From positions 1-41,888 of the forward strand of contig JAYEOQ010000124.1 in NCBI GenBank assembly GCA_034723215.1: 41,888 bases of DNA. Direction: 5' to 3'. Under the pieces are notes generated by a model. That model was not told the origin of the DNA, did not search any database, and saw nothing but the letters and a program-made list of their open reading frames with translations. Positions 1-8,275 of the stretch are shown here, piece after piece; within the stretch, counting starts at the first letter, position 1; every line of letters starts with the position of its first letter. The DNA is from Campylobacterota bacterium. Its GTDB lineage: Bacteria > Campylobacterota > Campylobacteria > Campylobacterales > Arcobacteraceae. A program made the position numbers and the translations under genes.

Positions 1-119
1 AAAAATTTAGATTTTGTTGATTGTATTTTATGTGCAAAATCAAAAAAAAATTTACAGTAAAAACATTTGATAAAAAACTAAATAAATGTATAGAGAATAT
101 CTATCTATCACTTAGATAG
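1..119 (+). pseudogene. 3' end of PIN-domain (VapC-like) toxin gene, frameshifted in an A9 tract (partial at window edge)
   Basis: Frame 1 reads KNLDFVDCILCAKSKK to TAA at 58-60; frame 3 from 51 reads FTVKTFDKKLNKCIENIYLSLR to TAG at 117-119. DFVD...TFDKKL is a typical PIN C-terminus; one extra A at 42-50 would join the frames. Confidence 0.65.
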
Positions 120-178
120 CAATCGCAATAAATCGTAGAAATCAAACAAGGAAACCCTTACAATCAAACTAAAGTAAA

Positions 179-292
179 ATGACAAACTCAAACAAGAATG
201 TTTTAGGTATTACCGGATTTAGTGATGATAAGTATGGTTTTATAGATGAACCTATATATAAAGATTCGCTTTTAATGTTATATATCATTTAA
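179..292 (+). pseudogene. 37-codon ORF resembling the C-terminus of a CitE/HpcH-type aldolase/citrate lyase family protein (remnant)
   Basis: MTNSNKNVLGITGFSDDKYGFIDEPIYKDSLLMLYII*; pattern recalls the CitE-family terminal G..G.....G.xIDxP motif; recognised by eye only. Confidence 0.4.
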
Positions 293-310
293 ACAAATAT
301 TAAATATCTT

Positions 311-321
311 TTAGATAAAAT
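311..321 (+). promoter_or_regulatory. Putative extended -10 promoter of rplY (TTAGATAAAAT)
   Basis: TAAAAT -10 upstream of an AAGGA RBS and ATG 350; the same TTAGRTAHAAT motif recurs before several genes here. Confidence 0.5.
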
Positions 322-349
322 CGCAAACAAATTAAAACAAGGAAACAAA

Positions 350-886
350 ATGTTACAAGGTATACTTAGAGATAGTATCGTAAAACAATCGACAAAACAA
401 CTAAAACGAGATGGTTATCTAATTGCTAACATTTATGGAAAAGGGTGCGAAAATGTAAACGCAGCTTTTAAATTAAATGACTATATTAGATTTTTAAAAG
501 CAAAAGAAGATGTTGCTTTTGATGTAGAAATTGCTGGAACTACTTATAAAGTAGTTGTACAAGAGTACCAAAGACATCCAGTAACTTCAACTTTAATACA
601 TGTTGATTTAATGGTTGCACAACCAGGTGTAAGAGCTACATATAATGTACCAGTTACAACAGAAGGTACACCAGTAGGTCTTAAAAACAAAAGTTTATTA
701 GCATTCCATAGAAAAAGAGTTCCAGTAAAATGTACACTTGAAAACTTACCAAAAGCTTTCCATTTTAATGTAACTGATTTAGATTCAGGTGATAACTTCT
801 TAGTTAGAGATCTTAAATTAGCAGAGGGTGTTGAGTGTTACTTAGACCCTAGAGTACCAATTGTTGGTATGATTAAATCTAAATAG
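350..886 (+). CDS. rplY: 50S ribosomal protein L25/general stress protein Ctc
   Basis: [19 protein letters not shown] and VPV..GTPVGLK motifs; adjacent to pth. Confidence 0.95.
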   Translation: MLQGILRDSIVKQSTKQLKRDGYLIANIYGKGCENVNAAFKLNDYIRFLKAKEDVAFDVEIAGTTYKVVVQEYQRHPVTSTLIHVDLMVAQPGVRATYNVPVTTEGTPVGLKNKSLLAFHRKRVPVKCTLENLPKAFHFNVTDLDSGDNFLVRDLKLAEGVECYLDPRVPIVGMIKSK

Positions 887-902
887 TAAAAAAGTTTACT
901 AT

Positions 903-1457
903 ATGTATCTAGTTGCTGGGCTTGGTAATCCAGGTGATAAATATTCAAAGACTAGACACAATATAGGTTTTTTAGTTATCGATGAGATAACTAAAAACCT
1001 ACAAACTACAAATATAAACAATCAAAACTTTCAAGCTATTGTTAAAAAAGCATCACAAAATATCTATGCTAAACCTCAAACTTTTATGAACCTATCTGGT
1101 GAATCAATTTTAAGTATCGTAGAGTATTATAATATTCCCAATGAAAATATTATAATAGTACACGATGATATTGATTTACCCTTTGGTACTGTAAAATTTA
1201 AAACGGGCGGCGGACACGGCGGACATAATGGATTAAGATCTATTGATTCTCATATAGGAAAAGATTACATCCGTGTAAGGTTTGGCGTTGGTAAACCCGA
1301 AGATAAAAAGAATGTTGCAGATTTTGTTTTAAGCAACTTCTCTTTAGTCGAATTTGAGCAAATTCAAGATATAATTGAACACTGTATAAAAGCTATAGAG
1401 GCGTTACAAAAGTTATCTCTAGAGGAAGTTAAATCAACTTATACAATTAAGGCTTAA
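903..1457 (+). CDS. pth: Peptidyl-tRNA hydrolase
   Basis: GLGNPG..Y..TRHNIGF, KPQTFMNLSG, HDDID, GGHNGLRSI. Confidence 0.97.
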   Translation: MYLVAGLGNPGDKYSKTRHNIGFLVIDEITKNLQTTNINNQNFQAIVKKASQNIYAKPQTFMNLSGESILSIVEYYNIPNENIIIVHDDIDLPFGTVKFKTGGGHGGHNGLRSIDSHIGKDYIRVRFGVGKPEDKKNVADFVLSNFSLVEFEQIQDIIEHCIKAIEALQKLSLEEVKSTYTIKA

Positions 1458-1459
1458 TA

Positions 1460-2524
1460 ATGAGTATTTTAACAAAATATATTTTATCTAAATATTTAAA
1501 ATATTTTTTTATTATTCTTCTATCATTGGAGCTATTTTTTATAGGGATAGATTTTTTACAAAATTTAAACAAACTACCTAGTTCTGCAAATCTTCAACTT
1601 CTATATCTATTATATAATGGCTTTTTCACTTTAACAATAACACTACCACTTTCATTAGTATTTGCATGGATTGTAACACTTACTATTTTTATAAAAAATA
1701 ATGAACTAGTTAGTTTTTATGCTTTAGGTATCTCGCAAAAAACAATTTTAAAACCTGTTATAAATATCTCTTTAGTTTTAACTGTTGTGCTAATTGGACT
1801 ACAAACTACACCTTTAGCATACTCATATGAGCAAAAGAAAAAGATTTTAAATAATCAATATTTTGTAAATGAACAATCTAATATATTTTTAAAATATAAT
1901 GAATATTTTATATATTTTAAGAAACTATATCCTTTGGAAAAGAAAGCTGTCGATATACATATATTTAAAACAAAAAACAATGATATAGTTGAGAGTATTG
2001 TTGGTAAAAAAGCTTATTATCAAAATAACAGATGGTATGTAATAGACACAAAAATTATTACTAAACCTGAAGTTATGGATTGGGACAATAGTAAAATAAA
2101 GATAACTTATGAAAAATTTCTTTACACATTAGAGGGGTTTGAACCAAAAATTATAAATAATGTATATAAAGCAAATGTACAATTTTCAATTTTTGATGCA
2201 ATTAAAACAATAATTCTTTTAGATGATCAAAATTTTAATACAAATAAAATCAGAGCAATACTATATGCACAAACACTTATGCCATTTTTTATTATTCCAC
2301 TACTTCTTATAATATTTATTTTTAGTGGTACAAGTAGTAGATTTTTCAATATTGCAAAATTTATCTCTGTTGCTGTATTTTTTACACTTTTAATCTGGGG
2401 TATTATGTTTCTACTGCAAAAACTTGCATTAGGGAGTGTAGTTTTAGCTGAAATTGCTATAATAGTACCACTAGTTGTATTATTTATTATAACTAATTAT
2501 CTTTATAAAAAAAGGATAAATTAA
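1460..2524 (+). CDS. LptF/LptG family LPS export permease
   Basis: 3 N-terminal TM helices, NELV motif, periplasmic domain, 3 C-terminal TMs; usual position after pth in Campylobacterota. Confidence 0.85.
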   Translation: MSILTKYILSKYLKYFFIILLSLELFFIGIDFLQNLNKLPSSANLQLLYLLYNGFFTLTITLPLSLVFAWIVTLTIFIKNNELVSFYALGISQKTILKPVINISLVLTVVLIGLQTTPLAYSYEQKKKILNNQYFVNEQSNIFLKYNEYFIYFKKLYPLEKKAVDIHIFKTKNNDIVESIVGKKAYYQNNRWYVIDTKIITKPEVMDWDNSKIKITYEKFLYTLEGFEPKIINNVYKANVQFSIFDAIKTIILLDDQNFNTNKIRAILYAQTLMPFFIIPLLLIIFIFSGTSSRFFNIAKFISVAVFFTLLIWGIMFLLQKLALGSVVLAEIAIIVPLVVLFIITNYLYKKRIN

Positions 2525-2967
2525 TGGAACATAAAATAAAAGCTTATGGGATATGTTTGTACAAAGAGGATAATTCACAGATAAAAGTTTTACTTTGCAA
2601 ATCAGTTAAAAGTCAACAAAAATGGGGATTTTTAAAGGGTGTTAAAGAGGAACTTGAATCTAAAGAACAAACTGCAATACGCGAATTTTTTGAAGAGTGT
2701 GGTATAAAAGTTGAATACAAACATTTAGAGAACTATTTTGAGCAGATAAATGATCAAAAAGATATAGGTATTTTTCTTGTTAACTATAAATATATTAAAA
2801 AAATTGACCATCTTTTTATAAATGAAAAGCTTCTTGACCATTTTTTATGTTGGGAGAATAGCCAAGTTAAATTTTTTGATATTCAAGAACTTCCAGATAT
2901 TAAAAAAAAGCAAAAAGATATTGTCCAAGATATTATTCAACACTTTATGGAAAAAACTAATTTATAA
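2524..2967 (+). CDS. NUDIX hydrolase
   Basis: Nudix box WGFLKG.KE..ES.EQTAIREFFEECG. Confidence 0.85.
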   Translation: MEHKIKAYGICLYKEDNSQIKVLLCKSVKSQQKWGFLKGVKEELESKEQTAIREFFEECGIKVEYKHLENYFEQINDQKDIGIFLVNYKYIKKIDHLFINEKLLDHFLCWENSQVKFFDIQELPDIKKKQKDIVQDIIQHFMEKTNL

Positions 2968-3048
2968 CCGCCCAATAAAGTAACAATACAGATATAACAA
3001 CTAAATTATTTAAAGAAGATAAACAGTAAATTTCAGTATAATCTACCT

Positions 3049-4533
3049 ATGAAAAGATTAACAGTAGCGGCTTGTTTAGTTTGTACTTCATTATACTCAT
3101 CTGAGATAAAACCATCTCAGATTGATATATCAAAAAAGGGGATAGCTCTTGGTACTTTTAAAACTCTAAAAAAAGCTAAAAAAGTTGCTAGAGGTTACTT
3201 TAAGTATGATATTTATATAAAACAAACAACCACAACAAAAAGACCATATTTTGTTATATATGCTGTAAATATTAACAAAATTGAACAATACCCTGTTCTT
3301 AAAAATATAAAAAAAACAGCACCATCTGCTTATATTACATCTGATTCAAGAATTAAAAAGCTACACAATACAAAAAAAATACAAAAAAATAAAACAATTA
3401 ATAAAATTAATATAAGTAAAGATACTATAGTAGAAACAAAAACTATAGCTAAAACAAGAACTAACACTTTACCATTGTTAAAAAATAGTTTTATTGATAT
3501 ATCAAAAAAAAGTATTGCAATTGGTACATTTAGAACTATAAAAAAAGCAAAATTAGTTGCTCTGAAATATAAAAATTATGATACCTATATAAAACAAACA
3601 ACTACAACAAAAAAACCGTATTTTGTTATATATATTGTTAATATCAAAAAATCTGAACAATATTTAGTTCTTAAAGATATTAAAAAAACTGTACCTTCTG
3701 CTTATATTACATCTGATTCAAGAACTAAACAGTTATCCAAAACAAATGATGCAAACCCCACTACATATACAAAAAAAGTTGATATAAAAGAGTATATTAA
3801 AGAGAAAAAACTAGACTTTATTGACCCATACAGAGATGCTCTAACAATAACATATACGCAGGATTTAAATAAAGCTAGAAGTATAGCAAAAGAATTAAAT
3901 GATTTTACCATTTATATAAGAACAATTAAACTTATAAACGAAAATGGATTTATGATTTATGCTGTGAACATTCCAAAAAAATCATATCAATCTACTTTAA
4001 ATAAAATTCAAAAAAGCTTTCCAGATACATTTAAAAGTTCAAAATATTCTATACATAATATTAGTAAAAATTTAAATAAAAATGGTTCATTTTTATTTTT
4101 TAATAAAGATGAATCTGAACAAGGTTTAATTAGTAATAAATTTATTTATAAAAAACCACAAAAAAAAGAAACTGCCAATCTTAAATATAAAAAAGCAAAA
4201 CAACTTTTTATTAAAAAAGAGTACTCAAAATCAATTGAAATATTAGAGGAGCTATACGATAACAATAAGAAAAATTTTGGTATTAATTTTTATTTAGCTA
4301 GGGCTTATTACGAAACTAAAGAATATAAAAATGCAAGTAGTTTATTTAATAAGATTGATACTAAAGAGAACAAAAACTTACATGTAAAACTAGAACTATC
4401 ACAAACTTACTTTATGTTAAAAGATTATATTAATGCAAAAAATAAATTTAATGAAGTGCTAGAAAATAATATACCAAAACATATACAAAATAAAATATTA
4501 AATAGGATAAAATATATAAATTGTTTAGTTTAA
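3049..4533 (+). CDS. Secreted lysine-rich protein with three SPOR-like repeats and C-terminal TPR region
   Basis: N-terminal signal peptide; two near-identical ~80-aa repeats (IDISKK.IA.GTF.T.KKAK...KT.PSAYITSDSR) plus a diverged third; C-terminal TPR-like helices (INFYLARAYYETKEY..A, KLELSQTY). Confidence 0.65.
   Translation: MKRLTVAACLVCTSLYSSEIKPSQIDISKKGIALGTFKTLKKAKKVARGYFKYDIYIKQTTTTKRPYFVIYAVNINKIEQYPVLKNIKKTAPSAYITSDSRIKKLHNTKKIQKNKTINKINISKDTIVETKTIAKTRTNTLPLLKNSFIDISKKSIAIGTFRTIKKAKLVALKYKNYDTYIKQTTTTKKPYFVIYIVNIKKSEQYLVLKDIKKTVPSAYITSDSRTKQLSKTNDANPTTYTKKVDIKEYIKEKKLDFIDPYRDALTITYTQDLNKARSIAKELNDFTIYIRTIKLINENGFMIYAVNIPKKSYQSTLNKIQKSFPDTFKSSKYSIHNISKNLNKNGSFLFFNKDESEQGLISNKFIYKKPQKKETANLKYKKAKQLFIKKEYSKSIEILEELYDNNKKNFGINFYLARAYYETKEYKNASSLFNKIDTKENKNLHVKLELSQTYFMLKDYINAKNKFNEVLENNIPKHIQNKILNRIKYINCLV
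3121..3722 (+). repeat. Intragenic direct repeat, ~230 bp x2 (about 3121-3350 and 3493-3722)
   Basis: Both copies start ATTGATATATCAAAAAA and end TCTGCTTATATTACATCTGATTCAAG. Confidence 0.85.
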
Positions 4534-4564
4534 ATTATTTAAAAATCTAAAGTTAACTTTACAC

Positions 4565-5929
4565 TTACTGGTTTTTTAAAAAATAACTTTCACATCCTTT
4601 AGCAATACCTTTTGCTATAAGTTTTTGATATTTTTTTGTATTTATTCGTCTTGATTCTTTAGGGTGAGATATATAACCAACTTCTATTAAAATTGATGGC
4701 ATTTGAGCCCCTACAAGTACCCAAAATGGACCCTCTCTTACTCCACCATCTTTTATATTATTTTTACCATATTTTCCTCTTAATGAAAATAACATATTTT
4801 TTTGTATATCTATTGCCATCTTATTTGATGCTGTAATTTTCCCTCTATTTAAAATAGTCAATAATGAATTTTTACTACTCCAACCCATAGATCGCATATC
4901 ACCTTTATTCTCTTTTGCAGCAACCCTTTTTGCTCTAGCACTTCTTGCAGGTGATAAGAAATATGTTTCTATACCATGAGCCTCTTTTGCCCTTGATTTT
5001 CTTGCTGCATTTGCATGTATAGATATAAACATATCAGCTTTTTTCTTATTAGCAAGATGTGTTCTTTTTGATAACTTTACAAACCTATCTCTTGATCTTG
5101 TTAAATATACTCGAAAACCTTTTCTCTGAAGCTCTTGTTTTAAATACTTAGTAATATTTAATACAATGCTCTTTTCATATTTTCTATTATTTCCAACAGC
5201 CCCAGAATCTTTTCCACCATGCCCTGCATCTATTACAATAGTTTTTTTTGATGCTACAAAAAGGTCACTTGGTAGAAGTTTTACTTTTTGTTTTATTGAA
5301 CTTACTTTTTTCTTTACTATAACTTTATCAAGTAGTTTTATTATAATTTGTTTTTTATTTATTATATATATTGTTTTTGGATTTCGTTTAGATTTTAATG
5401 ATATTCTTAATCTATTTTTAGAAGTTTGTTTAACTATTGTTCTATTTAAAACTTTAAAACTAAGTTTTGTAGGTTTTGCATATTTGTATGACCCTTTGAT
5501 ATCAAAATAATCAAAATAATAATATTTATCTCTTTTTTCAGAAAATTTTAAAAAACTACTATTTATATTATTATAAAAATCAATTATAATACTGTTTTTT
5601 GTTTGCTTAATAGATTTTATTGTATATTTTGGTTTTAAAGTAAATTTTGTTTTAATAGGTTTATGGACTGAAGTAGTTTTATCTAGCCTATTTAACTCTT
5701 TTTTATATTTTAAAGTATTGATCTCTATTTTGTCACCGTAAGTAATAAGCTTTTTAAGATATTTTATCTCATTTGATTTATTATTTGATATAACAGCCCC
5801 AAGATAAAGTTTTTTTGTTGCTTTAAATTTATCTTGATAATATGAGCTTGATATAGCAAATGATGATTGATAAGATAAAGATATAAATAAAAATATTTTA
5901 AATATATCTCTAAAAATATTTATTTTCAA
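4565..5929 (-). CDS. amiA: N-acetylmuramoyl-L-alanine amidase (Amidase_3)
   Basis: IVIDAGHGGKDSGA, FISIHANA, GIETY, PSILIEVGYISH; signal peptide. Confidence 0.93.
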   Translation of the reverse strand: MKINIFRDIFKIFLFISLSYQSSFAISSSYYQDKFKATKKLYLGAVISNNKSNEIKYLKKLITYGDKIEINTLKYKKELNRLDKTTSVHKPIKTKFTLKPKYTIKSIKQTKNSIIIDFYNNINSSFLKFSEKRDKYYYFDYFDIKGSYKYAKPTKLSFKVLNRTIVKQTSKNRLRISLKSKRNPKTIYIINKKQIIIKLLDKVIVKKKVSSIKQKVKLLPSDLFVASKKTIVIDAGHGGKDSGAVGNNRKYEKSIVLNITKYLKQELQRKGFRVYLTRSRDRFVKLSKRTHLANKKKADMFISIHANAARKSRAKEAHGIETYFLSPARSARAKRVAAKENKGDMRSMGWSSKNSLLTILNRGKITASNKMAIDIQKNMLFSLRGKYGKNNIKDGGVREGPFWVLVGAQMPSILIEVGYISHPKESRRINTKKYQKLIAKGIAKGCESYFLKNQ

Positions 5930-5930
5930 A

Positions 5931-7016
5931 CTATTCGCCGTTTGTCAACTTATCCATAAGCTCTTTTACACTAATTAGTTTATCAAGTTTATATCCATTT
6001 TCTCCTGTAAAAAATAATCCAGTATCTAAATTTCCTCTATAGGCATCACTTAAACTATCAGCTATACAATATCCAACCTCTTTTGCTTCTATACCTCTTT
6101 TACAAGGTGCAACACAGTTACTAGCACATGCAATCTTTGGTGCAGTTCCAGCTTTTATAGCTCTTTGAAGATTTGTAATTACTCCCCTAGCTGGTAACCC
6201 AACTGGTGATTTAATAAGTTCTATATCTGATTCTTTTGCATTTATTAGAACATTTTTAAGATTTAGATGTGCATCACATTCATGAGTTCCTATAAACCTT
6301 GTTGCCATCTGAACACCATCACAACCCATAGCCAAAAACTTCTCTATATCATTTTTATCCCAAATACCACCAGCTGCAATTATTGGAAAATCACCCCATT
6401 TTTTTGCCTCTTCGATAATAGATGGTAAAATATTTTCTAGTTGATACTCCTCTTGAGTACATTGTTCATAAGTAAAACCTTGATGACCACCACTTTTTGG
6501 ACCCTCAACTATAATAGCATCAGGAATTTTATCATATCTTTTCCATCTTTTACAGATAATTTTTAAAGCTTTAGCAGAAGATACAATTGGTATAAGTGCA
6601 ACATCTGGATAATCAGCTGCAAACTCTGGCATATTTGTAGGTAATCCAGCACCTGTAATTATAATATCAATACCAGCTTCACAAACATCTTTTACTATAT
6701 TTCCATAGTCACAACTAGCATATAAAATATTTACAGCAAGTGGCTTATCACCAGATATTTTTCTAGCATTTTTTATTATAGCTTTTGTAGCATTACTATT
6801 ATAAAAGTTAGAAGCTTCTACAGGTCGTCCTGTTTTAGACATTTTAGTTGAATATTTACCATCTTCATAATATCCAGTACCAACAGCACTAACAACACCT
6901 AGTCCACCCTCTAAAGATACATTACCTGCAAGTTTATCCCAACTAATACCAACACCCATTCCACCTTGGATGATTGGTTTTTCTATTGTATATTTTCCTA
7001 TTTTTAATGGTTTCAT
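5931..7016 (-). CDS. fabX: Nitronate monooxygenase-family flavoprotein, probable FabX dehydrogenase/isomerase
   Basis: PIIQGGMGVG, EGPKSGGHQG, AAGGIWD, Cys cluster CASNCVAPC...YCI; amiA-fabX-tyrS-spoT-rpoZ-pyrH order as in Helicobacter pylori. Confidence 0.75.
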   Translation of the reverse strand: MKPLKIGKYTIEKPIIQGGMGVGISWDKLAGNVSLEGGLGVVSAVGTGYYEDGKYSTKMSKTGRPVEASNFYNSNATKAIIKNARKISGDKPLAVNILYASCDYGNIVKDVCEAGIDIIITGAGLPTNMPEFAADYPDVALIPIVSSAKALKIICKRWKRYDKIPDAIIVEGPKSGGHQGFTYEQCTQEEYQLENILPSIIEEAKKWGDFPIIAAGGIWDKNDIEKFLAMGCDGVQMATRFIGTHECDAHLNLKNVLINAKESDIELIKSPVGLPARGVITNLQRAIKAGTAPKIACASNCVAPCKRGIEAKEVGYCIADSLSDAYRGNLDTGLFFTGENGYKLDKLISVKELMDKLTNGE

Positions 7017-7028
7017 TGTACCTTCCTT

Positions 7029-8255
7029 TTATTTTATTGTAATTTTAACGAAATTCTTTTTACCTTTTTGTAAAACAAACTCCCCTGCTTCTAAAATAAG
7101 CTTATCATCTTCAACTTTAACTTGATCAATCTTAACAGCTCCACCTTTAATATCTCTTCTAGCTTGAGAAGTTGATGGAACTAATTCACAATCAACAAGT
7201 GCTTGAAGTATCCCAATTCCAGCAGTTAAAGTAAACTCCTTCATATCTGTAGGTATATCTTTTTTCGCAAATATTTTAGTAAATTCATCTCTTGCTATTC
7301 CTCCAGCACCTAAACCATGAAACCTATCAACTATTTCCATAGCCAACATATCTTTTATTTTTTTAGGGTGTAAAGATTTATCATTAACTCCTACTTTTAA
7401 CTCTTCTATAGTTTTTAAACTTTTTGTAGAAAGCAACTCATAATATCTCCACATTAAATCATCAGATATACTTAATACTTTTCCAAACATATCATTTGGT
7501 TCATCTGTTACTCCTATATAGTTTCCTAAAGATTTTGACATCTTTTGTATACCATCAAGACCTTCTAAAATAGGCATCATTAATACAACTTGTTGTTTTT
7601 TGATATCATAAGCTTTTTGTAATTGTCTACCCATAAGTAGATTAAATTTTTGATCAGTTCCACCAATTTCAACATCAGATTTTAAATGTACTGAATCATA
7701 ACCTTGTAAAAGAGGATATATAAATTCACTTACAGCAATAGGTGTATTTGAACTATATCTTTTAGAAAAATCATCTCTTTCTAGCATTCTAGCAACTGTT
7801 AGATTTGATGATAACTGCAACATACCTATTGCACCTAATTTTTCTAACCAATCATTATTATAAACAATATTTGTTTTAGATTCATCAAGTATTTTAAAAG
7901 CTTGTGTTGTATAACTTTTTATATTTTTAACAATATCATCTTTTGTTAATACTTTTCTTGTAGCACTTTTTCCAGTAGGATCACCAATAGTAGCAGTAAA
8001 GTCACCTATTAAAAACTGTACTATAGCTCCAAATTTTTGAAAAGTTGCAAGTTTTTGAAGTAATACAGTATGTCCAAGATGAAGATCAGGTGCAGTAGGA
8101 TCAAATCCAGCTTTTACATAGTAGTTATCACCATTCTCATAAAAACCTCTAATAAGTTTTTCAAGTCTTGCTTCATCAATAACTTCCGCAGTTCCTCTGT
8201 TTATCTCTTCTATTGCATCATTTACTTTTATATCTATCTGTGTAGTTGTATCCAT
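7029..8255 (-). CDS. tyrS: Tyrosine--tRNA ligase
   Basis: GFDPTAPDLHLGH, GGTDQKFN, KMSKS, C-terminal S4-like domain. Confidence 0.97.
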   Translation of the reverse strand: MDTTTQIDIKVNDAIEEINRGTAEVIDEARLEKLIRGFYENGDNYYVKAGFDPTAPDLHLGHTVLLQKLATFQKFGAIVQFLIGDFTATIGDPTGKSATRKVLTKDDIVKNIKSYTTQAFKILDESKTNIVYNNDWLEKLGAIGMLQLSSNLTVARMLERDDFSKRYSSNTPIAVSEFIYPLLQGYDSVHLKSDVEIGGTDQKFNLLMGRQLQKAYDIKKQQVVLMMPILEGLDGIQKMSKSLGNYIGVTDEPNDMFGKVLSISDDLMWRYYELLSTKSLKTIEELKVGVNDKSLHPKKIKDMLAMEIVDRFHGLGAGGIARDEFTKIFAKKDIPTDMKEFTLTAGIGILQALVDCELVPSTSQARRDIKGGAVKIDQVKVEDDKLILEAGEFVLQKGKKNFVKITIK

Positions 8256-8275
8256 ATATCTTTCACCTTTTATTT

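Noticed and set aside
1201-1230. GC-rich GGCGG repeats
   Set aside because: They encode the conserved GGGHGGHNG motif of Pth.
3121-3722. Direct repeat as CRISPR array or IS ends
   Set aside because: In-frame intragenic domain duplication; no spacers, cas genes or transposase.
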